Source of the DNA: Azolla caroliniana
Taxonomy: Eukaryota > Plantae > Polypodiophyta
DNA length: 64,000 nt
Assembly: GCA_043228905.1 (NCBI GenBank)
Contig: JBHGNT010000001.1
Location: 15,004,001-15,068,000, forward strand
Direction of reading: 5' to 3'
Shown: positions 1 to 12,300 of the stretch, one piece after another
Numbering within the stretch: the first letter of the stretch is position 1
How the letters are laid out: every line of letters starts with the position of its first letter
Position numbers and translations under genes: made by a program
The notes under the pieces: model-generated
What the model was told of the DNA's origin: nothing
The model's database searches: none
Seen by the model: the letters and a program-made list of their open reading frames with translations, nothing else

Positions 1-2129
1 AGTTTAGAGCGTTCCGAACTGCTATATGTACACGGGAGAATACGCAGTCGTTTTTCGACTTACAGTCAATGCTCCTTATAGAGGAGAACCACACGGGTGC
101 GTCGACAAGCACGCATGCTGACAGCAAGATTCTGTACACGGAGAGAGATAGGCCCCGTGGTCATGGTGGACGAGGCGAGTCGGTACGCAATGGACGCGAC
201 CGACGGGATCAAGGAAGAACGCATCGAAGTGATGCCGATAGCAATTCCGGACCCTCCGGAAACAGAGGGAGTCGAGGCGACGAGGACTGGCAAGGGAAAC
301 CCGCCGCGGAATGCTAGTATTGTGGTAAGAAAGGCCACAGGGAGAGCGAGTGCTGGAAAAATCGCTCTAATTCGGAGAGAACCAGGTCCAGATCCGGTTC
401 CGGACAGATCGATAAAGGAAATCGGTAGCCATCGCATTACGCTGAAGAATCCGAAAAAGCCGAAAAAGGGTCAGTCTTCGTGACGAGACACGAAGCAAAC
501 TCAATGAAGAAGATCACCCCGAAGTTAGAGTAGGTGTGGTACGTTGACTCCGGCGCGTCAAACTACATGACGTGCCACAAGGAGTGGTTCTCGTACCTGG
601 AAAAACCGATGCAACCGGGAGTAGTCGCAACCGGAGACGACACTCCGCATCCGATCACAAATGTCCGTGAAGTTCCCTTGAGCCATGTCGGGCAGAAAGG
701 GGAACTTATGAATTTGCTACACGTCCCCACAATCACGAAGAATCTGCTGTCGGTCGGGCAGATCGTCGACCAGGGGATACAAGTCCGGTTTACGCATCTT
801 GGGTGCTTCATCGAGGAAGAAGGTCGAGTTATTGCGCAGGGGCGCAGAGACGGGAGGATATTTATCCTCGACTCTAGTGACGGTGGCACCGCAATATTCA
901 CGAAAGGACAAAAAGTCAAGTCGGACATCGCCTTATGGCACAAGTGGATAGGCCACATCAACTATCAACGGCTTTAGGACTTGCAATCGAAACAGGTGGT
1001 ATTTGGATTGCCTAGATTTAGTGGCCGAGAGGAACAAATTTGTAAAGCCTACCAACTCCGGAAGCAACACCGATTTCCCTTCCCTAACGAGCATAATCGG
1101 AGCCGGAACAAGCTCGACTTGATACCTTCCGATGCATGGGGGCCGGCAAACAACGTTAGTCTTGGCGAGAGTCGATATTTCGTCTCCTTCATCGACGACT
1201 ATACGCGGCACACGTGGATCTACCTCATTGAGAAGAAGAGTGAAGTCTTCGACTGTTTCTGGGACCTTAAAGGGTTTGTGGAAACGAAAACAGGACGAAA
1301 GATCAAGTGCCTACGGTCAAATGGCGGAAAAGAGTACTTTTCTGGTCAATTCAACGGCTATTTGCAATAGATGGGAATTCGACACGAATTCAGTTGTAGA
1401 TACACGCCGGTGCAAAACGGCATGGCCGAGAGGAAGAATCGGTCGATTGTGGAAGCGGCGCGGGCAATGCTAGAAGAAAAGAGCATGCCCAAGTTCTATT
1501 CGACCGAGGCTGTACAAACCGCGGTATACATCCATAATCGGATCGGAGAAAAAGTGTCGCCGCATGAGTAGTATTTCAGAAGGAAGCTGAATCTACGACA
1601 CTTGAGAATTTTCAGTAGGATTGTGTATGTGCATATACCGAAGGAGAAAAGGAGGAAGTTGGACGCGAAAGCCGAGAAGTGTATCTTGGTCGGCTATTCG
1701 GACGAGCAGAAGGGTTATAAATGTTATAACCCACGCACTAAACAAGCGCACGAGAGCCGCGATGTTGTGTTTGACGAGTTTGTGTCCTGGTACTTGCTTC
1801 CGACTCCGGAACTCACCTCCAATCCGAGTTCTGATGATGAGGTCAGTGAGGCCGAGGTGCCTCCGGATGAGCCTGAAATCGGGACCCGCGAAGAGAGTCT
1901 GACTTTAGTTCGCTTAAGCGGACCGAATGTACGACTGAGTCGGTTCGACTAGTCCGATGAAGAGCCGGCGAGTAGTGGACACTCGACCGTGCATTCCCCG
2001 CGCAGGAAGCTGAGGAGACGGCTTACGCGCAAAGAAAAAGGGAAGAAGAAGGTGTCGGATTACGGCACGGATAGGAACGAGTTGGATCGACGCGAGTCCA
2101 ACTCTGAGGGAAGAGACGACGGGTCTTCG

Positions 2130-3664
2130 AGATCATCACGGATAGGAGATTGTTCTTCATCACGGATGTTAATCATCATCGTCATCCATGCCACCTCCTT
2201 TCGTCGATGCTCCCGTTCCAATCGCTCGAAGTGGAGTTGGGTGCTGAGCTGGTCATCGTCTAATCGTTCCAACAACCTTTAGACAACAGCCAATTGCTCT
2301 CCGGGCAAGGACAGAAAGTCATCCGACAACTCCTGAATGGAGACAATTCTTTCTACATCCATCTTCTAGAAGTGGTCGTCGTCTTTTCTCCTATTCTCGA
2401 CGTCCATTCGTAGGACCTATAATTTGTCTGCTTGTTGCGTCCACATTGTCAACCATTCTACCGAGCTTTCGTCAATCATCCTCTTCGTCCGTTCTTTCCA
2501 TGCCAGCAAAATGTCCCGGATCTGGTTTAGCCCTAGCTTGGACATGTCCTCTGTGGCTTGCTTTTCCTCCTTCAATTTCTTTATTAGAGCCACGGTCGCC
2601 TGGGCCTGCACCCTACATTCCAACAATTGGGTCTGATAGGTTGTCTACATGCTATCTGGAGCCATTTTTGCTCGTTCAACCTCTTGGTAATGCTGTCGGT
2701 TGCATGTTTGTTTACGTACCCGTATTTAACATTTAAATACGTATAGTACCTCATCATTTGTATAGTACGTACTATACCTCAATGTTGTTTAGTCAAATAT
2801 CATGTACATTTGTCCAATACGGTATTTAACGTATTTATAAAAAAACATGTATATTACGTATTTATAAAGAAAATGTAAGTAAAACCCTAACAAAAAACAA
2901 AAGAAAAAAAGATTTTAGTGAAAAAGAAGCCAAAGGAAGGAAGAAAGAAGAATAGACGAGACGACGATGAAGAAGATGAAGAAGAAGAAGAGAGAAAAGA
3001 AGACATAAACCTGTCCTGAGTGTGATAATCGCAGAAGATAGAAGAAGAAGAAGAAGAAGAAGAAGAAAACGAAGAAAAAAGAAACCTATCATGAGTGTGA
3101 TAATCGTAGACGATTCCTCAATCTATGAAGGCATAATTGTAAATAATTACAATTTGAAGTAGAACATCGTGATACACACTTACACTGATTTTTAGAATAA
3201 GGGAATGTCGACATCCATATTACTACAAGTATTTTAGGATGTGAAATGTTCAAATGTCTTATATGTATTTTAGGATGTAGAACTATATTGTACATCACAA
3301 AATTGTGTAAACATAGATGTTTTTTACAATATTATCGAAATGTTTTAGAAAGGTAAATAATTTTCAAATTCTAGAAGTATTTAACATACTATACGTAAAA
3401 TACGTACTTTACGTACTTTACGTATTTTAAAAGTATTTAACATATTAAGAAAACATATTTAATGTATTTTTAAATTGGGAGATATTATACGGGTATTAAT
3501 ACATTAAATACGTATGGTATCTATACCGTACCTAACAACCTTGGTCGGTTGAGCTCCATCCTTTTGCTTGCCGCCTCCTCAAGCAGCTTTGCCGACTCGA
3601 CCGCCTTTGGTCATTCCTCTGCCAACACATCCGCTTTCTTTGCTACAGTAGCCCAGAGTTCTCC
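2130..3664 (-). pseudogene. Fragment of a charged, probably coiled-coil ORF (likely TE-derived), split by a MITE
   Basis: Minus-strand ORF pieces 2060-2275, 2417-2626 and ~3550-3664 are E/K/R/L-rich and continue across the MITE; no family recognised. Confidence 0.35.
2703..3543. mobile_element. Non-autonomous hAT-type DNA transposon (MITE), 841 bp
   Basis: 8-bp TSD GTCGGTTG (2695-2702 and 3544-3551); imperfect terminal inverted repeats CATGTTTGTTTACGTAC / CAAGGTTGTTAGGTAC (rc); many subterminal TACGTA motifs; AT-rich and non-coding. Confidence 0.8.
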
Positions 3665-5224
3665 ATGGGGTTTGTGGCCTCCAAGTCCGACTCTTCGTTG
3701 TTCATCCGGCAAGGTCTGGACGGTCCGGTTTGCATCTTGTTGTATGTTGATGATCTAGTCATCACCAGACCCGGACTCGATGAAATCAACCGAGTCAAGT
3801 CCCAACTGTTGGATGCATTTGAGATGAAGGACCTAGGGGACCTTCACTAATTCCTTGGGATCGAGGTAATCCGAAACCCCGACGGCATATTGCTCTCACA
3901 AAGACACTATGTGTTGAATATGTTGTACAAGTTCAGCATGAAGGAATGCCGACTGATCTCCACACCCCTGTTCCGGAACCAGAAGCTTCGTCCCAACTCT
4001 AGACCGACCTGCGATGAGAAGCGGTTTCGACAAATCATCCAACCCAACATCAGTTATCCGGTCGGTGTGATCAGCCAATATATGCAGAAGCAGACTGTGG
4101 AGCACCTTTTGTGTGCACATCGAATTTTGCGATATGTGAGGGGCACGAAGAACTGAGGACTGTTATACCAGCATGGTATAACCGAGGAGCTAGTCGGCTA
4201 CACCGATGCCGACTGGGTTGGCGATGCATCGGATCGTCAATCCACCTCCTACTATATGTTTTCCCTTGGCAGCGCGGCTGTTGCGTGGAGCAGCAACAAG
4301 CAGCCAACAGTGGCCCTTCCGAGCACTGAGGTTGAATACCGAGGCGCTACTGTTGCCACCTGTGAAGTCATTTGGCTTCGGCGACTACTACAAGACCTGC
4401 ATATCGAGGTGCCGACCCCGATCCTGATCTACTGCGACACCATAAGCAGCATGTAGCTCGCCACGAACCCCGTATTCCATGCTCGCACAAAGCACATAGA
4501 AGTGCACTACCACTTCATGCGTGAGCGTGTCCTGAGCAGTGAAGTCGAACGTTGATATGTTTATAAGGATCGGCAAGTTGCCGACATCTTCACCAAACCG
4601 CTTGGATTGGAAAAGTTGCAGCACTTCACCAAAATGCTTGGTGTTTGGCATCTGGACGTGCCACACTTGAGGGGGAGAATGGGCAAAGACACTAGAACGG
4701 GCAAACGCAAAGAAACTGCCGGTTGTGCCGGTGAGGGAAGAACCAGCAGCGGCGGTAGAGTGAAGAAGGCCATAGCCGACCAGAAGAAGAAGGCCAAGGC
4801 CTGGACATGGTCCGATGTGGTGACGGGCCTAGAACCGGAAGACGAATCGGGAGTGACCGATTTGGACAAGAGCTAGAATGAATCGGAGACAGCTGATTTG
4901 TTTTAACAAACGGATTCGGAAGAACCGGATCAATTCAAGGAAAAGAGGATGAGAAGGCAGCGAAAGTCGACGCTAACACGAAGGAATTGGCGAATCGGCA
5001 AGCGCCGAAGTCACAACAGCGAGGGAGCTGAATTGGGCCTGTTGAGTAGACAAGCCGATCGAGGAGGTCGAGGTGTGCAATATCAAAAGGGTCGCAGCAA
5101 ACGGAACCGGACCAGACGAGGAGCACGAGCGAGACAGAGTGACGCCAGAAGTAGCCGGGTGGAAGGACCTAGTGCCATGGAGACGGACACTATGATCTGA
5201 CCTCAAGTTGAGCTTGAGGGGGAG

Positions 5225-5610
5225 TGTTGAGCGGTAAGCTTAACCGGATCCGGATCGGCTGAATAAGCCTGAGCCGGATCGGTGAGCAGGTGAGCAAGCG
5301 AGGCGGTAAGCAAGTGAGCCGGTTAGCCGGATCAAGCAGTAACCAGAAGCCTAGTAGCAACCTAGACTACCTGGTAGTTAATGTCTCGTAGTTAGTGTCA
5401 GACGCTCGTGTGAGCATTGAAGTACACAGTACCTCTTAGGATGTGTATGAATAGTGTTGTTGAGCACGTTGTATGTATAGAGCTTTTTATAGAGTTGTTG
5501 ATAATAGATTTAAGTTGTTCTGTTGTTTCTCTGTCTCTTCTGCCTATTAATCTCTCTCTCTCTCTCTCTCTGTTGCTATCCGGCTAAGCCGGTTGTCTAA
5601 CGCTTCCGCA
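5225..5610 (+). repeat. 3' LTR of copia-1
   Basis: Starts TGTTGAG directly after the PPT and ends CTTCCGCA, like the related LTRs at 56121-56556 and 57338-57776. Confidence 0.8.
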
Positions 5611-5960
5611 CCTTCGTTTTCATGTACCATGTATTGATTTTCGATTTCAGGTGGCTCGTTCCTCCATATCCTAGAGTGTTTAACTTTACAAAGTTTTGCG
5701 AGATGAAGGAGGACTTTAACAACATATATAGTCTATCGTTAGAGGGTATTCACCTTGTTGTTCTAACATATAAATTGATTAGTGATGTCGATTGGTTGTC
5801 AGTTTATAAAGTTCCCAGAGTGAAAGGTAAGGTGAAGATCAAGAATGTACGACCGGAGCTGTATGACAACTGCATGAGGCTCCACTAGAAAGTACATCAA
5901 GAGATCCCGGCCAACAACAAGTTGTCTGGTCCATTTGCCAGACCTTTTGCATACGAGTAT

Positions 5961-6444
5961 TGTGCGGAATAACGCTCGTCCACAACCGAGCCTCAAACAC
6001 TTAATGGAAGAACAAATGAAAAAATAGACGACATAGGATGTTTACGTGGAAAACCCTAACAGGGAAAAACCACGGGAATCCATAGACTCCAACTATCACT
6101 ATACAAGAAGAAGGTACAACAGAAAACTCAAAGGCAATGACCTCGAGTTCTATATCTTCGCCAACTAGCAATGACAATAGAAACTCAATCTCTCACTCAC
6201 TATACAATAGAATGATAATAACTCTAGCTCTAAAGTGATTGCCCTAAGTCATATTATACTTATATGACTTTGAGACTATTTACCAATATAGCCTTTACAA
6301 GCAGACTAGAAACATATTTGCAAATATGTCCCTGGATGGATACCTTCCGGTCCGGTCCGGTTGTTGCATCTGGTCTGGTTCCTTCCTTCAGCTCGTCCAA
6401 TCTGGGTCCTTCGATTCTCATCCGGAGGGATCGAATTCCCAACA
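5961..6444 (-). repeat. Copia LTR (copia-5 family) with adjacent PPT remnant
   Basis: The rc starts TGTTGGGAATTCGATCCC, ends TTATTCCGCACA and is preceded by AAAGGGGCAATT; it is homologous to 55191-55705. Confidence 0.75.
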
Positions 6445-7055
6445 AATTGCCCCTTTACTCTGGCATGGGATTAGGTGATATAGGCAAACTCGTCAAGAAC
6501 TAGAAAACTGCCTTATGGCAAGAAACATAGAAACAACTCTAACTTCCTACGTGGCATTCTTTCAACTAATCGATGTCCTACTATTACATTTTTAGTCTTT
6601 TGACTTACTTATTCACACTTGTCCTATTTCCAACCCATAACTTAATGGACTATATTTTTTACTAATAATTTATGACTAATACTTTAACTTTAATACTTAG
6701 TCGACTTGCCCTGACAACAATTGCGCCACGTGAACCATTGTTTGATGGTTCAAGTTACTTAATTCGTAGTTGTTGAGAATCAAAATCAATTTCCTGTGAG
6801 TAGGAACACACTCTAGGATCCTCAAGTGTGTGAACACCCCACCTCCTTGTATAGTAACTAGTGTGTAATAGAAGTTAATGTCCTATTACACATATTCGTT
6901 AGGTAGGTAAGACACGACCTCTTTCCCAAGAGGTTGTACTAGTGAGCGAACTTAGAGAGAATGTGACTACATTAGCAACTTCTCCCTATTGTTGTAACTG
7001 TTGGTCATTCTTGCTTCCTTGTAATAGAGTTTTCTGATTTTTCTGTAATTGTGAG

Positions 7056-7078
7056 CTCTCTCTCTCTCTCTCTACACA

Positions 7079-7136
<58 letters not shown>
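7056..7136. repeat. (CT)n(CA)n compound microsatellite in the copia-2 LTR
   Basis: Directly visible in the sequence. Confidence 0.95.
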
Positions 7137-7138
<2 letters not shown>

Positions 7139-7944
7139 TCTTCCGCTGCACAGAATCCATCCGATTCTTTACGTGTAACAGAGCGCGTGGTTGCTTGATC
7201 GAAGCCTATCGCCTCTGCATGTGTTGTGCCCAATTCCGTTCGCCAAGAACTGGTTGATCGTTGTAGCAGCCATCTGCACAATTCGCATCAAGAAGAAGAA
7301 GAAGAAGCTAAACATGAACACACATATGGGAAGCACTCTTCCTACCAAAAAGCTCAATAGAAACAACTTTGCATCTTGAGAGTACAAGATGCACCAATAC
7401 CTTATTGGCCAAGGCTATTGGAGTTATGTTGAATGGGCAAACGAGAATCAACCCAACCCAACACATGCTGACTACCCAGCTTGGGAGCAAGCAACGAGTC
7501 ATGTGTTGTATTGCCTTGCATCATGCGTCCATGATCACATGCTCGGCTACATCCGAGAGGCCAAAAAACCAAAGTAGGCTTGGGGGAACCTCAACAAGAT
7601 CTTCGCAGCCAACACGATCGCAAGAAAGCTTCAACTCCATCAAGAGTTGAACGACAGTCAACAGAGGGACATTTCAATCGGCATCTACACCTTGAAGTTC
7701 AAGGGGTTGTGCAACACCCTCCCATCTATCAATGTTAGCATTGACAATGATGAAATGGTGCAGATTTTCCTCGGAGGCTTAGCACCTCGGTTTGGGACCA
7801 TTGGGTCGGTTGTCCTCGCGAGGAAGAAACCTCCCTCCTTTGATCTCCAGTGGATGTTGCTGGTCGAGGAGAATCATGTTCGAACAAGAGGCAATGCACA
7901 AGAAGGATAGATGCTCTATTCGAACTTCAATGGAGGAAGAGGAC

Positions 7945-8392
7945 TGTTACCGATTAGGAACACGGTCTACGGTCAATCCTTCGACCTAGACCTCCAAGTG
8001 ACTTGTGACAACGAACGGTAGCGTCTGTGCGTAATACGTAGGGGAATGTTCCCCGTAACCTAGCAGCGTATAAGGGAGACGGCTACAACAAAGCTCCTTA
8101 ACAGTGGCTACACACTCAATGTTGCTTACTTCTACACTCTCAGGTGTTATAGACACATAGTAGATTAGCCGTAACTATACACAGATATCAAAGAAAATAG
8201 AATTCTATTATGATACGCTTCTTTACATTCCCAAAATTACACGCTGCCTCTATCAGAGGTTTTTTGCCCTTCATATATGTAGGGTGTTTTAGCCGTTCAC
8301 GCTTCCCGCGTGAACCGTTACATGTGTTACAATCTTATACTATTTCCTATTCCTGCGCTCTTGTTCGTCGGTTACTATCCCGCCGGATAACA
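7945..8392 (-). repeat. 3' LTR of gypsy-A
   Basis: Direct repeat of 14629-15077, lying downstream of integrase in element sense. Confidence 0.93.
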
Positions 8393-8394
8393 CG

Positions 8395-8435
8395 TGGTAC
8401 GCCTATGGGATAGTGCCACGGCACGTCGGACCCAT
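8395..8435 (-). other. tRNA-3'-end-like structured motif at the PPT position (copy A)
   Basis: Element sense reads ATGGG TCCGAC GTGC CGTG GCAC TAT CCCAT AGGCGT A CCA, 2 nt before the 3' LTR; there is no purine tract. Confidence 0.8.
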
Positions 8436-8439
8436 CTCG

Positions 8440-9200
8440 TTAATCTTCTTCCAAAATGGCCCGGATGTTTGGCTCTGCTACGGTGTCCGCATCCAGGGAC
8501 GACGTAGGGCCCGTAGGTGCCTCGTGGTCTGGTTGCCCTGTTTGGTCGGGAGGGCTTCTCCTGGTGTCGCGATCATCTTGTGTGGGCGGTCCGGCTTCTG
8601 TGGGCTCTTCATGGGCTAGGGGGTTGGGCTCAGCCGTCGGCAAGCTTGCGGTCGGTCCCGGCTCTGTCTCCTCCGTCACTTGCTCCGTAGTGTCGGTCGT
8701 CTTTGTACGCTCTGGGGAGTGGGGTTGCGGTTCCGCTTGGTCCGCAACGATCTCCGTGTGGTCGGCCGATAGCGTATGCTCCGGTAGATGGGGTTCCTCT
8801 TGGGCAATGGTTTCGGTGTTTGGTAATGTGGGGGACCCCGCTCGTCATTCCGTGTTGTTCACCGTAGTTGTAATCTATGGTGACCTAGCTTGAGGTTCCA
8901 CTTCTTCGGCAGTGTTTGGAATTGGTGTCGCGACGGATTCCTCATTTGTTCGCGTGCTGCTGGCTTGTTTGATCTGGTGAAACAGATCCTCCTGGCGTTC
9001 ACCAAAATCGTCTAATAGTTGTGCGAGTTCTTCGGAATGCTGGTCCGCTAGCGCACGATAGTCCTGCGCTAGGCCCTCGCGTATTGCCGCAATGCTCTCC
9101 TCATTGAGTTTATAGAAGCCGCGGCCGTGTTTTCGCCGGTTCTCCCAGTCTGCACGATACGCATGCAATTCTGCCGCTTGGGTTGCCCACGCCATCCATC
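8440..9200 (-). pseudogene. Remnant of an extra sense ORF between integrase and the 3' LTR of gypsy-A
   Basis: WATQAAELHAYRADWENRRK..YKLNEESIA..L.QDYRAL aligns by eye with 27930-28200 of gypsy-B. Confidence 0.7.
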
Positions 9201-9319
9201 CATCCTTTGTCCATCCTTTTTACATTATGATACAAGTGGGGCCGTCCACTTACGCCGCAGGTTCTCCGGCTTTGTCCTGTCCGGCGGTGAGTGGGTTGGG
9301 TGGCGTAGGGCCCAGGTAA

Positions 9320-12300
9320 GGTTTAAGGCGGAACCCATTCACCTTTTATCGTAAGACTTCCCTGGCCAGCGTGCCTTGTTCCGCTCCTAATATCCAGTAT
9401 GGGCATGTCCAGTGGAATCGTAACTTCCCTAGCATATGGCCCATGCGGGTTTGGAAAACCAGTACTGCTCGACCGACCGCGAAATCCTTTTCCCGTGCGT
9501 TCCGATGTCGATCCACAAACACTTTACACCGTTGTTGTTCCTGCTCCAACACAACCATGCTGTGTATGCGTTTTTCGCCGAGTTCGAGTAGCTGGTGGAG
9601 CTGTACCTCCTCCAACTTGGCTTCCGATAGTTGGTCTCGTACCTGAATGCGTAAACTGGGTATCTGAAACTCTACCGGCATCACGGCCTCCAGCCCAAAC
9701 GCTAGCCGAAACAATGTGCATTGTATGCTTGTTTTGTAGCTGGTTCTATACGCCCATAACGCACTCTATAATTTGGTATCCCAGTCCGTTCTATTCTCAT
9801 TGACGATTCTCTTTAAGATGGTTTACAACGTCTTGTTGGTGGATTCCGCTAACCCATTCGCCTGTGGATAATATGGCGTACTCTTCTTGTGGACTATAGC
9901 GTAATGATGTGTTAGTTCTCGAAGAACCGTATTGAGAAAGTGGCTCCCTTGGTCACTGATAAGCTCAATCGGACAGCCGAACCGATACCAAATGTGCTCG
10001 TAAAGGAATCTCGCTATGACGGCCACCGTATTTTCTCGTAGTGCCTTCGCTTCTACCCACTTGGTGCAATAATCTGTGGCTACCAATATGTATTTATTGC
10101 CCGTATGGGCCGTTGACGGTGTGAAGGGGCCCACAAAATCCAATCCCCACTTTTGGAAGGGGTATAACGGTAATACGGGTTGGTGTGGCATCCTTTCACC
10201 CTTCGTGGGCTGGCCCATCCGTTCACACAAATCCCACTTTCTATAATACTCGTATGCGTCCTTCTGTGTAGTCGGCCACCATATTTTCCGGGCTGTAACA
10301 TCGCTCGCGTAATGGCCGCCTGCCGTGCCGTAGTGAGCCTCCCGTAAGACTGCTTCTTTGTCATCCTAACGTACCCCATGTCGCCAAATGCCATCACTTC
10401 CTTTGTGATATAAAATTCCTTCTACCAGGCAGAAGTTACGGCTTCGGACAGCTAATTGTTTCTTCTCGTCCGTGCGTAATTGTGGTGGAGGTAGTCCCAT
10501 AGTAAAAAAGTATGTCATTTCCATAAGCCACCGGTCCGGAAAGGTCAATTCCGTTCTTTCTGCTAGTGTTGCAACCTGCTGAATGTCGGCGTCCGGAAAG
10601 TCGTCGTCGTCCTTCTGTACTGTTTCTCCATTATCGAGTCTGCTCAAAACATCTGCCATTGCGTGTTGCGTCCCCGGGCGGTGCTGAATTACAAAATCAA
10701 AATTCTTGAAGCAGCAGCATCCATCGCGCCAATTTCCCTGTCAGTGCTTGTTTCTCCACCAAATACAACAGTGCTAAATGTCCACGTAGAACGTGAATTT
10801 CCTCCCTAACTGATAATGCCGGAATTTATTGATGCTATAGATCATCCCTAACGCCTCCCGCTCTGTTGTGGAATAGTTACGCTCTGCCGTGGATAATTTG
10901 CGACTAGCGTAATACACCGGCTGGTACCAATTTGGTTCGGTGAGCTGCATTAGCGCACTTCCTATTGCTATGTCCGAGGCGTCTACGAACACGTGGAATG
11001 GCTTCGCCCAAACTGGTGGCCGTACGACGAGTGCCTGTGTGAGCATTATCTTAAGCGCATCATAGGCCTTGTCCTCCGTTGCGGTCCATTGGAAGGGAGT
11101 CTGATGCACGACAGCATGTAATGGTGTGGCGAAGTTCGCCAAGTATCGTATGATCCGACTATGTCGTCGTATTTGTCCTAAACACCGGCTAAGTGATTTC
11201 ACGTTTGTCGGAGTTTTGGCTTGCGTAATCGTGGAGATCTTGTTCGGATCGACCGCTATTCCATCCTTGCTGATTATATGGCCTAGGAGAGTCCCGCTGG
11301 TCACGCCGAAGGCACATTTCACGGGATTCAGGCTTAAGCGTGCGGTGTGGCAACGTTCCAAACACAATTGCAGATGCGTAAAATGGTCGATTGTTTTCCC
11401 ATATATCGCAAAGTCGTCTAAAAAAACTTGCATGAACGCCGGAATATATTCCCCAAAGATCTCCGTAATTGTCCGTTGAAATGTCGCCGACGCCGTCTTT
11501 AGCCCGAACATCATGACGACGGCCACATAGACTCCCCAGTCCGTGACAAATGTTGTCTTCTCTTGGTCATCGGGATGCATGCATACCTGGTTATACCCAC
11601 TAAAGCCATCTATAAAATTGTACATGTCATGTCTTGCGACGGCGTCCAGTACGCTATCGGTGAATGGTAAAGGGAATGCGTCCGTAATGGTTACGGCATT
11701 TAATTTTCGGTAATCCACGCATGCACGTATTTTACCATTTTTCTTTGGAACGACTACTATCGGGCTTAACCCTGTGGCTTGTTTAACTGGCCGTATGAAT
11801 CCTGCCTTTAGGAGTTTGTCAATTTCTTCTTTTACGGGGGTTGCGTAGTTCGGGTTCATGCGGTAGTGGAGCTGCTGAACGGGTTTTGCGTCGGTTGCTA
11901 AATTGATCTTATGTTGTAGAACTTCGGATCTAACCCCTTCATGTGCTCGTGAGCCTAGGCGAACACATATTTATATTTCTTGAGTAGTTCGATCATTGCG
12001 TCTCTCTGGGACGGCCTTAATTCCTTTGCAATGGAGAGAAAACAGGGTTCTGACGTCATACCCACGTTTACTTCTTCCAGGGCGGAGGCGGTGACTCGCC
12101 GTGAAATTTCCATTTCCCTCTCGAATGTTGCCCGTGCTCTGCTTAGTTCCAATATTGACTCCAGATTTGGTTCATACGCCTCATCGTTGAGGATAGTGGC
12201 CGTGGCATATTTTGTCGTGGTTGCGATGACGTCGATTTCGAACAACGGAATAATCCAAGGGTGCTCGTCCTGGTATGCCTCTAATTCTGCATCCTCCACC

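Larger units (their letters stand above)
1..5610 (+). mobile_element. Degenerate Ty1/copia LTR retrotransposon (copia-1); 5' end lies outside the window
   Basis: Gag zinc knuckle C*YCGKKGHRESEC (~311-355), protease WYVDSGAS (534), GAG-pre-integrase LWHKWIGH, integrase FIDDYTRHTW and QNGMAERKNR, RT ILLYVDDL (~3735), RNase H SSTEVEY-like and ADIFTK motifs, PPT TTGAGGGGGAG (5214-5224), then the LTR. Many stops; the first half of RT is replaced by 2130-3664. Confidence 0.93.
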
